The position numbers and the translations under genes were made by a program. From a candidate division WOR-3 bacterium (GTDB lineage Bacteria; Hydrothermota; Tepidihabitantia; Tepidihabitantales; Tepidihabitantaceae), in assembly GCA_965649205.1 (NCBI GenBank), contig CBFGJV010000002.1, positions 1-64,000 of the forward strand: a DNA stretch of 64,000 nucleotides, in the 5' to 3' direction. Below, piece after piece: positions 45,887-56,009 of this stretch. Positions within the stretch are counted from its first letter, which is position 1. Every line of letters begins with the position of its first letter. The notes beneath the pieces are model-generated. The model saw nothing but the letters and a program-made list of their open reading frames with translations, was not told where the DNA came from and did not search any database.

Positions 45887-46162
45887 TCAGCGTAAATTGC
45901 GCAGGATTATCACCACGCCCACGGCGATGAATAGCAGACCGGCAACCAAGGAGACGATGCGGGTAGGAACCAGTCGGGAGAGTCCTGCACCCAACAGACA
46001 GGCAACAAGGGAGGTGGAGACGAGAGCCAAGGCGCTGCCGATGAAAACGCTCCAGAAAGAACGGCCGGAAGCGGCAAAGCAGAAAGTGGCTATTTGAGTC
46101 TTGTCTCCCAGTTCGGCCAGGAATATGGCCCCGAAAGTTGTCAGGAGAAGTTTCCAGTCCAT
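45887..46162 (-). CDS. TMEM165/GDT1 (UPF0016) family half-size transporter
   Basis: FLAELGDKTQIAT signature; 3 TMs. Confidence 0.9.
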   Translation of the reverse strand: MDWKLLLTTFGAIFLAELGDKTQIATFCFAASGRSFWSVFIGSALALVSTSLVACLLGAGLSRLVPTRIVSLVAGLLFIAVGVVIILRNLR

Positions 46163-46175
46163 AACGTTTCCGCTC

Positions 46176-47093
46176 CTATCCGGCCAGAATCGCTGCTACT
46201 TGGTCGGCAGTACCGGCTGGAGTAACGCTAAACTCAGGACTGATTCTTTTCGCCAGCCCGGCCAGTACTTTGCCCGGTCCGACCTCGATGAATTCCTGGC
46301 AACCGAGTTCTTTCGCACTTTGCATTGTTTGTACCCAGCGCACCGGACTGCGGAGCTGAGCGGAAAGACAGTTGCGAATTTCGGCCGCGGTTGTAACCGG
46401 TCGGCCTGTTACATTGGCAATCACGGGACAACGTGGTTCGGAAATACGGAAACCGGCGAGATATTCGGCAAAGAGCCGCGCCGATTCTTCCAGCAGCGGC
46501 GAGTGGAAAGCTCCGGACACGGGTAGCAGCACGGCCTTGATGGCTCCCCGGGTCGGTGCTAGTTCTACCACTTTTTTCACCGCCGGAATTTCGCCAGACA
46601 CAACTGTTTGTTTTGGTTCATTGTAGTTGGCACAGACGACCACGCCTCCCACTTCGGCGCAGAGGGCTTCAACCGCTGCGGCGTCCAGTCCTAATATGGC
46701 CGCCATGGTACCGGGATTTTTTTCTCCTTCGGCGGCCATGAGTTCAGCCCGACGTCGTACCAGCTTGACTACCGAATCAAAGTCCAGACTCTGGGCTGCA
46801 TACAGCGCGGAGTATTCGCCCAGGCTGTGGCCAGCGCAGAGCGCCGGTTCCAGTCGCTTGAGTATGGCTAATACGGCTAGAGAATGCACCAGAATGGCTG
46901 GTTGAGTATAGCGGGTCTGGCGAAGTTTTTCTTCCGGTCCCTGGAATGACACCTCACACAGGTCGAATTCCAGAATATCCATGGCACGGTGGTAGGTATC
47001 TTTTGCTTCTGGATAGCGGTCGTACAGGTCTGCCCCCATACCTACGTATTGGGAGCCTTGACCAGGAAAGAGAAAGCCAAAGTTTTTGTTCAT
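46176..47093 (-). CDS. fabD: Malonyl-CoA:ACP transacylase
   Basis: FPGQGSQ, TQPAI, GHSLGEY, VSGAFHS and EVGPGKVL motifs. Confidence 0.96.
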   Translation of the reverse strand: MNKNFGFLFPGQGSQYVGMGADLYDRYPEAKDTYHRAMDILEFDLCEVSFQGPEEKLRQTRYTQPAILVHSLAVLAILKRLEPALCAGHSLGEYSALYAAQSLDFDSVVKLVRRRAELMAAEGEKNPGTMAAILGLDAAAVEALCAEVGGVVVCANYNEPKQTVVSGEIPAVKKVVELAPTRGAIKAVLLPVSGAFHSPLLEESARLFAEYLAGFRISEPRCPVIANVTGRPVTTAAEIRNCLSAQLRSPVRWVQTMQSAKELGCQEFIEVGPGKVLAGLAKRISPEFSVTPAGTADQVAAILAG

Positions 47094-47117
47094 TTTGTCT
47101 CCTCATCACATAGCGCT

Positions 47118-47145
47118 ATCATAGAATCTGCTGGCGGAGTGTCAA
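47118..47145 (-). promoter_or_regulatory. sigma70-type promoter for fabD operon
   Basis: TTGACA-N16-TATGAT on minus strand. Confidence 0.7.
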
Positions 47146-47234
47146 ATCTCAGGAGGAAGTTAATTCTGTTATGGCAGAATTGTGCGAGAGCGGTGTTTGA
47201 CTGCTGCTGGCTTTGCGGTTAATATGCTTGCCGT

Positions 47235-47723
47235 TTGCGTGGCGTATTAGTTTGGTCATTTTTCTGCCTGGTGGCTCGGGCAGCGGTTGGTTTTCTATCC
47301 ATAGGGACGGATGAAGTTCCAGTAGAGGTGTATGTTGATAACCGTATGGTGGTTGTGAATGATTCGGTTAGACTGGTGGAAGTAGGGCCCGGGCGGCATT
47401 TTGTCAGCCTGTTTCCACCGGCGAAGGTGTACCAGGCTTATCGGGACGAAACCCCAGACCAGTTCTGGACTCCCATGCGCCAGGCCGGAGTGGTGAGTGA
47501 GTCCAGGCGGCTGCTATCCAGCTATGAAAGAGGAGCTGTGCGGGAAGGTACCAAATGGGTTTATGCCGAAGAGGACGATACGGTCACCGTAGCCTTGTCG
47601 GTTAGAAAAACGATGGAAAAGTATCGGCGAGATTCCTCCTGTTTGGTGGGAACTTTTCTGGGCTGGACTCTGCTCATTGGTGTAGGTATGGTGATAAGTT
47701 TGATTCTCGCCAAGCTTGATTAG
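47235..47723 (+). CDS. Hypothetical exported protein with PEGA-like domain and C-terminal TM anchor
   Basis: Signal peptide; EVYVDN...GPGRH; C-terminal hydrophobic helix. Confidence 0.6.
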   Translation: MRGVLVWSFFCLVARAAVGFLSIGTDEVPVEVYVDNRMVVVNDSVRLVEVGPGRHFVSLFPPAKVYQAYRDETPDQFWTPMRQAGVVSESRRLLSSYERGAVREGTKWVYAEEDDTVTVALSVRKTMEKYRRDSSCLVGTFLGWTLLIGVGMVISLILAKLD

Positions 47724-47867
47724 CGGGGTTTTTAGGGGTGGAAGTTCAACGAAAACAATCAGTCTGTCCTGCGGGCGCCGAGCTGCTCCTATCTCCATTG
47801 GGCTTGACTTTTGGTCGCAGGAATCTATCTTCCTAGAGCAAATTACTATGGAATCCAAGGAGGCCTC

Positions 47868-48992
47868 ATGCCTAAGTTAAGAGTTGGAATAATCGGTATC
47901 GGTAACTGTGCCAGCAGTCTGGTTCAAGGTGTGTACTACTACCGGAATGCCCGGGAGGCCGACACCATTCCGGGCATAATGCATGTGAATCTGGGCGGAT
48001 ACCACATAAGCGATATAGAGTTTACAGTGGCTATCGACATCGATAAGCGGAAGGTGGGTAAAGATTTATCTCAGGCGATCTACACCTACCCGAATAACAC
48101 CTGGAAGTTTGCCGATGTGCCTAAGACTGGAGTAAAGGTTATTAGAGGAATGACTCACGATGGTTTGGGATATTATCTTTCCCAGATTATAGAGAAGGCA
48201 CCCGGGCCGACCGCTGACATCGTAAAGGAGCTTAAAGAAACCAAGACAGATGTAGTGGTGAATTTTCTGCCGGTGGGTTCGGAGGAAGCTACCAAGTGGT
48301 ATGTGGAACAGGTTCTGAAGGCCGGATGTGCCTTTGTGAACGGAATACCCGTATTTATTGCTTCGCAAAGGTACTGGGATAGAAGGTTCCGGGCGGCAGG
48401 ACTTCCGGTTCTGGGCGACGATATCAAATCCCAGGTGGGAGCGACCATAGTGCACCGCATGCTGGTATCTTTGTTCAACGACCGGGGTGTGAAGCTGCTG
48501 CGGACCTCCCAGTTGAATGTGGGGGGGAATACTGACTTCTTGAACATGCTGGAGCGTAGCCGACTGACTTCCAAGAAGATATCTAAGACAGGCGCGATCA
48601 CATCGCTTTTGAAGTACGACATCGGCGAAGAGAACATACATGTTGGACCGTCTGACTATGTCGCCTGGCTCAAAGATCGAAAATGGTGCTATTTGCGCAT
48701 GGAGGGACAGACTTTTGGTGATGTGCCTCTGAATGTAGAGTTGAAACTGGAAGTGTGGGACTCGCCCAATTCAGCCGGGGTAATGATAGATGCTATCAGG
48801 TGCGCGAAGTTAGCCTTAGACCATGGACTTTCCGGAAGTATAGTCGAACCTTCTAGCTATTTCTTCAAGACGCCGCCAGTGCAGTTTCCAGACGACGAGT
48901 GCCGGGACAAGACCGAGGCTTTTATACGCAAGTACAGCCGTAAAAACGGGGCGGATAAGTCGGCCGCCGGCTCTAAACCGCGCCGGTCATAG
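47868..48992 (+). CDS. ino1: myo-Inositol-1-phosphate synthase
   Basis: [49 protein letters not shown] and VWDSPNSAG motifs. Confidence 0.95.
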   Translation: MPKLRVGIIGIGNCASSLVQGVYYYRNAREADTIPGIMHVNLGGYHISDIEFTVAIDIDKRKVGKDLSQAIYTYPNNTWKFADVPKTGVKVIRGMTHDGLGYYLSQIIEKAPGPTADIVKELKETKTDVVVNFLPVGSEEATKWYVEQVLKAGCAFVNGIPVFIASQRYWDRRFRAAGLPVLGDDIKSQVGATIVHRMLVSLFNDRGVKLLRTSQLNVGGNTDFLNMLERSRLTSKKISKTGAITSLLKYDIGEENIHVGPSDYVAWLKDRKWCYLRMEGQTFGDVPLNVELKLEVWDSPNSAGVMIDAIRCAKLALDHGLSGSIVEPSSYFFKTPPVQFPDDECRDKTEAFIRKYSRKNGADKSAAGSKPRRS

Positions 48993-49025
48993 CCAGATCA
49001 AACGGCTGGTCTGGCGGATGCTACC

Positions 49026-49664
49026 GTGCGCGGCGTACTCGTCACCTTCGAAGGCGTAGAAGGTTCGGGTAAATCTACTCAGGCTGCGTTGCTGGTCGCA
49101 AGGCTCAGGGCGTTGGGATTTACCTGTGAGTTTTCTCGCGAACCGGGCGGCACCGCAATAGGCGAGCGTATCCGCGAAATACTTCTTGATCCGACTAACA
49201 AGAACATGGATGCCAGAACAGAACTTTTTCTTTATCTGGCAAGCAGGAATCAGCATGTGCGGGAAAAGGTGAAAAGATGGTTGGACGAGGGAAAGATAGT
49301 GGTGCTGGATCGTTTTGCGGAATCGTCAGTTGCCTACCAGGGTGCAGGGCGGAGGCTGGGAGAGCGGGTTGTTTCCCGTCTGAACAAGATGGCTACTGCC
49401 GATGTGCGTCCTGACCTGGTTATACTCGTGGACGTACCTGTTGGTATCGGACGTGAGCGTAAGGCTGCGGCCAGGCTTGACAGGCTGGAAAGCGAAAAGG
49501 TAGAATTTCATGAACGAGTCAGGCATAGTTATCTGCGCATGGCCCGTAGGGCACCTAAGCGGATGAAGGTGTTGGATGGTACGGAGCCGGCCGAGAAGCT
49601 GGAAACAAAGGTTTTCCATGCAGTGCAGGAGTTGTTGAAAAGAAAGGGAATCTGGCGGCAATGA
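49026..49664 (+). CDS. tmk: Thymidylate kinase
   Basis: FEGVEGSGKSTQ, REPGGT, LDRF..SSVAYQG and DRLE motifs. Confidence 0.95.
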   Translation: MRGVLVTFEGVEGSGKSTQAALLVARLRALGFTCEFSREPGGTAIGERIREILLDPTNKNMDARTELFLYLASRNQHVREKVKRWLDEGKIVVLDRFAESSVAYQGAGRRLGERVVSRLNKMATADVRPDLVILVDVPVGIGRERKAAARLDRLESEKVEFHERVRHSYLRMARRAPKRMKVLDGTEPAEKLETKVFHAVQELLKRKGIWRQ

Positions 49665-51193
49665 AAAGAAGAGCGGCATTGGTAGGCTCAATTGTGGCAG
49701 CTGCGCTTCTGGGCGGTCTCTTCGGCCGTCTTTGGGCGATGAAAAAAGGCGCCACTCTGGCAGAAAGTCTGCAACTTTTTTCCCGGGTAGTGGGGTTAGT
49801 TACCACTAACTACGTTGAACCGGTGGAGCCGGAGAAACTGATAAAAGCGGCGTTGAAGGGGATGCTGGAATCATTAGACCCCCATACCAGCCTGTTGGAA
49901 GAAAAGAATTACAAAGAACTGAAGGTGCACATTGATGCTCAGTTTGGCGGTATCGGCATTCATATTGGCCTTGTGGGAGAGGTGCTTACCGTCATTGCTC
50001 CCATTGAAGGAACCCCAGCCGAGAGGATGGGTATCCGGGGTGGGGACCGCATCGTGGAAATAGAGGGCAAGAGCACCAGAGGATACACCACCGAGGACGC
50101 GGTCAAGCTGCTGCGTGGAGAACCGGGCACCAAGGTGAAGATTACAATCGAACGGCCGGGCGTAGCTGATTTGATTCCTATGGAAATAACCCGGGAGATA
50201 ATCAATATTGCGGCCGTGCCTTACGCGGGAATGGTTACCAAGGATATCGGTTTTGTTCGGCTGGCAGATTTTTCCCGTGTGGCGAGTCGAGACCTTTCTC
50301 ATGCCCTGGATTCTCTATTTGCTCTGGGAGCAAAGAAAATTATTTTCGATTTGCGTTCCAATGGCGGAGGGTTGCTCAAAGAGGGATGCGAGGTTGCGGA
50401 CCTGTTTCTCCCTCCGGGCAAGGTGATAGTGGAAACCAGGGGCAGGATACCGGAAAGTCGTCGCAGTTTTGTTTCTCAGACGCAGGACAAGTATCAGGAT
50501 TTCCCGCTGGTAGTGCTGGTAGACAGGGGTAGCGCTTCTGCTGCCGAAATAGTGGCTGGTGCTTTGCAGGACTGGGAGCGGGGAGTGATACTTGGTGACA
50601 CTACTTTTGGCAAGGGATCGGTGCAGAACATAGAGCAGTTGGGTCCTGATCTGGCGGTACGCCTGACTACGGCTTACTGGTATACGCCTGCGGGGCGGTG
50701 CATAAACCGGAAGCGGAATGCTGACGATGAAGTAGTAGAAGACTCTACTACTTCCAAACTGCTTTATCATACGCTGGGAAAACTGCGTCGGCCAGTGTAC
50801 GGCGGTGGAGCAGTGGCGCCGGATGTTTACCTTCCTTACGAGAAGCTGAGTGCTTTTGAGATGAAGGTGAACCGAGATGCGTTCTTTGATTTTGCCGTCC
50901 GGTATGTCCAGAAGCACCCGGGCCTGGATATGAGTTTTTCTGCCACTCCGCAGGTTCTAGCCGAGTTTGCCGAATACCTGCGCACAGAGAAGAAGATGGA
51001 TTTCACTCCTGCCGAGTTTGATTCTGCTTCCGACTGGTTTGCCGCCAGCATAGAACGGGAGGTGGCCGGTAAGCTCGGGGGTATGAAGGCAGATTACGAG
51101 ATGAGGCTGCGTCGCGATCCCCAGGTGAAAAAGGCCGTAGAACTGCTTACGGCTGCCAAGTCGAATGAAGGGATGCTCGCAAACCTCAAGTAG
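49661..51193 (+). CDS. S41 carboxyl-terminal processing protease (CtpA/Prc family)
   Basis: LDPH, PDZ domain (GGIGI), DLRSNGGG, SASAAEI and TFGKGSVQ motifs. Confidence 0.93.
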   Translation: MKRRAALVGSIVAAALLGGLFGRLWAMKKGATLAESLQLFSRVVGLVTTNYVEPVEPEKLIKAALKGMLESLDPHTSLLEEKNYKELKVHIDAQFGGIGIHIGLVGEVLTVIAPIEGTPAERMGIRGGDRIVEIEGKSTRGYTTEDAVKLLRGEPGTKVKITIERPGVADLIPMEITREIINIAAVPYAGMVTKDIGFVRLADFSRVASRDLSHALDSLFALGAKKIIFDLRSNGGGLLKEGCEVADLFLPPGKVIVETRGRIPESRRSFVSQTQDKYQDFPLVVLVDRGSASAAEIVAGALQDWERGVILGDTTFGKGSVQNIEQLGPDLAVRLTTAYWYTPAGRCINRKRNADDEVVEDSTTSKLLYHTLGKLRRPVYGGGAVAPDVYLPYEKLSAFEMKVNRDAFFDFAVRYVQKHPGLDMSFSATPQVLAEFAEYLRTEKKMDFTPAEFDSASDWFAASIEREVAGKLGGMKADYEMRLRRDPQVKKAVELLTAAKSNEGMLANLK

Positions 51194-51217
51194 AGCTTAA
51201 GGAAAACTCTACCAGTT

Positions 51218-52117
51218 GTGCCTGAATTGCCAGAAGTAGAGTCTATTCGTCGGCGGCTTCTGCCGATTGTAGGCAAGGTTATCAAATCGGTAAAGATTGC
51301 CAGACCAGAAATGATTAAACATCCCAGCCCTTCCCGGCTGGCAAAAGAGTTGAAAGGCCGCAGAATTAAATCCCTGAGGCGCCGGGGTAAGTACCTGCTT
51401 TTTCATCTGGACCGGGATAAAACGCTGGTCTTGCATCTGGGAATGAGTGGAAACTTGAGATTGCTTTCTGCTGTAGAACGCGACCGGGAGTCGGTAGCGC
51501 AGGCTGGTACTTTGCATTCACACAGCTCGACCAAGAAAGAGGGGGGGGGGGGAAACAGGCAGTACGAAAGAATACGATTTGAGCTTTCAGGTGGAGAAAT
51601 ACTATCTTTCGAAGATATGCGAACGTTCGGCAAGGTTTTCTTCTATGGTAAGGAGGAAAGACCGCCTGCTCTTGCGGGTATGGCCGCGATGGGACGGGAG
51701 CCGATTGAACGCGGATTTTCTCCTGCCTATTTGGCAGAGCGTTTTCGGAATAGAAAGACGGCGGTGAAGAATCTGCTACTGGATCAGAGAATTTGTTGTG
51801 GTGTAGGTAACATTTACGCTAATGAGGCATTGCATCGAGCTGGTATCCGACCGGACCGTCCGGCCAAAGAATTAACCCGGGTTAAGCTGGAAGAATTAGC
51901 TCGAGCTCTGCGCACAGTGGTGCGTGAGGGTATCAGATGGTGCGGGACTACTCTGGACGACGACGGCTACAAACTGCCTGACGGAGGAAGGGGTGGATTT
52001 CAGAGGCACCTGCGCGTAGTAGGTCGCGCGGGAAAACAGTGTCGATGCGGAGGAGTCGTGGAGAGAATAATCTTGGGGGGGCGAAGCAGTTATTTTTGTC
52101 CGCAATGTCAAAGTTAG
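51218..52117 (+). CDS. mutM: Formamidopyrimidine-DNA glycosylase (Fpg)
   Basis: PELPEVE N-terminus, RRGKYL, HLGMSG, D.R.FG, LLDQ...GVGNIYA.E and zinc finger C.C...CPQCQ. Confidence 0.95.
   Translation: MPELPEVESIRRRLLPIVGKVIKSVKIARPEMIKHPSPSRLAKELKGRRIKSLRRRGKYLLFHLDRDKTLVLHLGMSGNLRLLSAVERDRESVAQAGTLHSHSSTKKEGGGGNRQYERIRFELSGGEILSFEDMRTFGKVFFYGKEERPPALAGMAAMGREPIERGFSPAYLAERFRNRKTAVKNLLLDQRICCGVGNIYANEALHRAGIRPDRPAKELTRVKLEELARALRTVVREGIRWCGTTLDDDGYKLPDGGRGGFQRHLRVVGRAGKQCRCGGVVERIILGGRSSYFCPQCQS
51541..51552 (+). repeat. G12 homopolymer tract within mutM
   Basis: 12 consecutive G, currently in frame (encodes EGGGG). Confidence 0.9.
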
Positions 52118-52192
52118 TTTCTAGATGAGCAGAACTTGATGTTTTCCCAGGTTAGCGTCGTTATGTACTAAAAAAGAGTAAAAGGAGAAACG

Positions 52193-53107
52193 ATGAATGG
52201 ACCGCTGGCTCTGATTTGTCACGGCGGAGCAGGGGTGTTGGATGACAGGAAGGCCGCGGCCGAAGGTCTGGCGGAAGCACTGGAGAGGGGGTATCTTCTG
52301 CTGCGTCAGAGCGCCACAGCCTTAGACGTGGTGGTGGAGTGTGTCAGGTTGCTGGAGGATAACCCGGTGTTCAATTGCGGAACCGGTTCCAATCTGAATT
52401 TAGAAGGCGTGGCAGAGATGGATGCAGCGGTGATGACACAGGATGGAAGGTTTGGGGGTGTATGCTGTATTACGGGAGTGAAAAACCCGGTTCTGGTTGC
52501 ACATAAGGTTATGACCGAGACGGACCATCTGTTGCTCTGCGGAGACGGAGCACAGGCATTTGCCCGCAGGATGGGGTTCGCCGCCTACGATGTTACGACA
52601 CCGAGAGGCAGAGAACGACTGGAAAAACTGAAGCAGGCTGGCACATCAGAGTATTATCCCAAGTTGGGTGCCTTTTTGAAACAGGCCAGCCCGGGCGGTA
52701 CCGTGGGGGCGGTAGCGTTCGACAAGTATGGAGTTCTGGCCGTAGCCACGTCTTCTGGGGGTATTACCGGCCGACTTCCAGGTCGAGTGGGGGACTCGGC
52801 CATTCTGGGAGCTGGTACTTATGCCAGTGCAGTGGGAGCAGTGTCGTGTACCGGTCACGGGGAGTCCATAATGAAGATGATGCTCGGTCGGGAAGTAGTA
52901 GAACGGATGCGCACGATGCCCGCGGCGACCGCGATTATTCTGGCTATGGCTGAAGCCAAGAGGAAAAAGGTGGTTTGTGGTTTAGTGGGAATTGACGCCA
53001 GAGGGCAGGTAGGATTCGGACATACGACACCGGATATGGCATACGGTTATATGGTGGCAGACAAACTTTTTCTTTTTACTGATGGTGATGGCAAACGCAG
53101 GCAGTGA
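52193..53107 (+). CDS. Isoaspartyl peptidase / plant-type L-asparaginase (Ntn hydrolase)
   Basis: HGGAG, LEDNPVFNCG.G, MDAAVM, GTVGAVA, TSSGG, PGRVGDS and TGHGE motifs. Confidence 0.93.
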   Translation: MNGPLALICHGGAGVLDDRKAAAEGLAEALERGYLLLRQSATALDVVVECVRLLEDNPVFNCGTGSNLNLEGVAEMDAAVMTQDGRFGGVCCITGVKNPVLVAHKVMTETDHLLLCGDGAQAFARRMGFAAYDVTTPRGRERLEKLKQAGTSEYYPKLGAFLKQASPGGTVGAVAFDKYGVLAVATSSGGITGRLPGRVGDSAILGAGTYASAVGAVSCTGHGESIMKMMLGREVVERMRTMPAATAIILAMAEAKRKKVVCGLVGIDARGQVGFGHTTPDMAYGYMVADKLFLFTDGDGKRRQ

Positions 53108-55989
53108 TTTTACAGGTCTATGAAATCATGACGGACTCATTTGGCTTCACAAACCCGAAGAAAAAATGTGACTGGCTGATTGCGCTCATTGTCTTCAGTA
53201 CGGTTTGCAGTATCGCTTCTGCCCAGTATTCATACTTTGGAAAAAACAAGGTACAGACCAGAGATTATGAGTTTAGAAGTTTTCAGACCGAACATTTCAA
53301 TATTCTTTTCTATCCCGGCGGGGAGGTCCTAGCCGAGTTTGCCGCCAGAGTAGCCGAGGAATACTATCGTCAGTTTGAGCAGGACCTGGGATTTGGGCTG
53401 GAATACAAGATTCCTCTCATACTCTATCTTTCGCCGGCGCAGTTCAGTGAGACAAACGTGATTACTGATATTATTGAAGAAGGTGTGGGTGGTTTTTCGG
53501 AGCTATTCAAGAACCGGGTAGTGGTGCCCTTCGATGGTTCCTACTTCAATCTGAGGCGTGTGTTAGCGCATGAGCTCACGCACTTGTTTGAGTTTCAAAT
53601 GTTTTATCGTTCCAGACTTGCCGCTCTGCTGGGTGCCATCGGCGAGTTTCAGATTCCTTTGTGGGTGCTGGAGGGTTTTGCGGAATTTCAGTCAGGTTGG
53701 GCAAATGTGCGTTCTGAAGTATTCATGCGGGATTTGGTGCTTTCTAACCGTCTGGTTCCTTTGCAGAATCTGCACGATGGAATGGGATACCTTGTTTACA
53801 GAGTGGGACAGTCGTTTTTTGAGTTTGTGGCTGAACGATATGGCCGGGACAAGGTGTTTGAGTTCATGCACACCTTAAAGAACAAGCGCAATTTGGAGGC
53901 CACTTTCAAGGCAACTTTCGGTAAGGAAGTAAGCCGTATGAGCGAAGAGTGGGAGAAGTGGTTGCGTATCAAGTACTGGCCTCAAGTGGTAAAGGTTATG
54001 AATTTCGATACGTTGTGCCGCAAGTTGACAGACCATCGCCGGGATGGTTCTATCTATAATACGGCTCCGCGAATTTCACCCAGCGGCACGAAGATAGCAA
54101 TGATTTCTGATCGACTGGAGTATGCCGACTGTTATGTTATTTCCGCGTTGGACGGTACGGTGCTGAAACGGTTGGTTAAGGGTGGGCGTTCAGGCGGGTT
54201 CGAGACTATGCATCTTTTACGGCCGGGACTGGCCTGGTCTCCTGATGAACAAACCCTGGCGGTAGTGACGCAGAGTGCAGGACGGGATAATATTGCCCTC
54301 GTGGATTATGCTACCGGGCGCGTACGCAGACGTCTGGCCTTCGGGTTGGATGCGATATTTACTCCCGTGTTTTCTCCGGATGGAAAGAAGCTGGCCTTTG
54401 TGGGTCTGAAGAACGGTTTTGCCGACATATACGAAGTAGCGGTTGCAGGTGGGGATCCGCGGCGGGTTACCTATGATATGTATGACGATCGAGACCCGAC
54501 TTACTCTCCCGGCGGAGAAACACTGGCATTCGTCTCTGACCGACCTGACGCGGGCGAGGAATACCAACCGGGAAGATATGCAGTCTGGCTTCACGCTGGT
54601 GGTGGTGCAGTCCACAGGATTACTGAACGTTATGAGGATGCCGGCTATCCGGTATTCACTCATTCTGGCGAATACCTGTTTTACGTAGCCTTTGATTCGG
54701 CCAGGAATATATACTGCTACTCTTTTGCTGCAGGCAGACCGGTCAGGCGCACAGATTTGTTAGGTGAAGTGTCTTATCTGTCGCTTTCGCGCGATGATCG
54801 CAAGCTGGCTTTTTCTTATTACGCTGACGTAGGTTTTGACATAGCAGTTATTCTCGAACCGCTGGAGAGGATACCATACGACACCATTGTTCCCACCGCA
54901 GAGGAAAGGGATACCTTCCGTTTTTCTCGTCGGGGATTGGATTTCGAACGTGTCAAACCGGCTGGTTTTTCGCTTTCGGCCGATTATGCGGTTGGCACCG
55001 TTTCCTATACTTCATCTAGCGGTGTTTCCGGCACGGTGAATATCGCCCTGTCTGATATGCTGGGAAATCACCGTTTTGAGATTTTTACTGATGTGTACGG
55101 TGATATCCTCAATTCCAATCTGATTGTGCAGTACTGGCTTCTGCCATTTCGGGTGGATTACGGTTTTGCGCTTTTTCAGCTATACGACATTCCTTACTTC
55201 AACTATGTTGATTTACTGGTGGAACGTATCAACCGGGGAGGTCAGGCTGTAGCGGTGTACCCCTTCGATTTTTTCACCCGCGCCGAGCTGGGTCTTACCG
55301 GCTATGCGAGTGACGTGCAGGTGTGGAAATTCTTTCCCTATCCTTTTGACGGTTGGCAGCGAGTAGACAGGTGGCTGGAAGCAGTATTCTATGCCAGTCC
55401 CGCACTTGTGTTTGACAATACCTTCTGGGATCAATATGGTCCGGCCAGAGGAGTCCGGTGTCGGTTTGGTGCAGATTTGGCCCTGCCGATGGTATCTGAC
55501 CGTCAGTTTCAGAGCCCGTATCTGGATGCACGCAACTATCAACGTCTGGGCAGAAGGTTTGTCTTTGCGTCTCGCCTCTACGGTGTTGCCAGTTTGGGGC
55601 GCGATGCAGACCAATATTACTTAGGAGGAGAAACTGTACGCGGCTACAACTGGGGCGAGTTCTATGACGATACCGGTTCATACGCAGGACTCGCAGGTAT
55701 AGAGTTACGCTATCCGTTCTTGGACAAGCTCAAGCTGGCTTTCCCTTTGCCCTTAGAGATAGGGGGCATAAGGGGGGTCGCTTTTCTGGACGGTGGGATG
55801 GTATTCCGGCGCGGCATGAGGGTATGGGACCCCAGGCGCAATCAGCTACAAGATCTGAAGCTGGGTATTGGTACCGGGTTGCGTATACAGGTAACATCAC
55901 TTTTTATCAAACTGGACTTTGCCAAACCATTGTCGGCCACCCAGGATAAAGGGTGGAAGGTTATTCTTGGGCTTGGAACTGATTACTAG
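53104..55989 (+). CDS. Outer-membrane protein: gluzincin-like domain + PD40 propeller + BamA/TamA-type barrel
   Basis: FGKNKVQ; HELTH...WVLEGFAE; SPDG repeats; GG..VRGY, ELRYP, GIGTGLR and KLDFA motifs. Confidence 0.85.
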   Translation: MILQVYEIMTDSFGFTNPKKKCDWLIALIVFSTVCSIASAQYSYFGKNKVQTRDYEFRSFQTEHFNILFYPGGEVLAEFAARVAEEYYRQFEQDLGFGLEYKIPLILYLSPAQFSETNVITDIIEEGVGGFSELFKNRVVVPFDGSYFNLRRVLAHELTHLFEFQMFYRSRLAALLGAIGEFQIPLWVLEGFAEFQSGWANVRSEVFMRDLVLSNRLVPLQNLHDGMGYLVYRVGQSFFEFVAERYGRDKVFEFMHTLKNKRNLEATFKATFGKEVSRMSEEWEKWLRIKYWPQVVKVMNFDTLCRKLTDHRRDGSIYNTAPRISPSGTKIAMISDRLEYADCYVISALDGTVLKRLVKGGRSGGFETMHLLRPGLAWSPDEQTLAVVTQSAGRDNIALVDYATGRVRRRLAFGLDAIFTPVFSPDGKKLAFVGLKNGFADIYEVAVAGGDPRRVTYDMYDDRDPTYSPGGETLAFVSDRPDAGEEYQPGRYAVWLHAGGGAVHRITERYEDAGYPVFTHSGEYLFYVAFDSARNIYCYSFAAGRPVRRTDLLGEVSYLSLSRDDRKLAFSYYADVGFDIAVILEPLERIPYDTIVPTAEERDTFRFSRRGLDFERVKPAGFSLSADYAVGTVSYTSSSGVSGTVNIALSDMLGNHRFEIFTDVYGDILNSNLIVQYWLLPFRVDYGFALFQLYDIPYFNYVDLLVERINRGGQAVAVYPFDFFTRAELGLTGYASDVQVWKFFPYPFDGWQRVDRWLEAVFYASPALVFDNTFWDQYGPARGVRCRFGADLALPMVSDRQFQSPYLDARNYQRLGRRFVFASRLYGVASLGRDADQYYLGGETVRGYNWGEFYDDTGSYAGLAGIELRYPFLDKLKLAFPLPLEIGGIRGVAFLDGGMVFRRGMRVWDPRRNQLQDLKLGIGTGLRIQVTSLFIKLDFAKPLSATQDKGWKVILGLGTDY

Positions 55990-56009
55990 CTGGGCTGGGA
56001 GAGACCACA

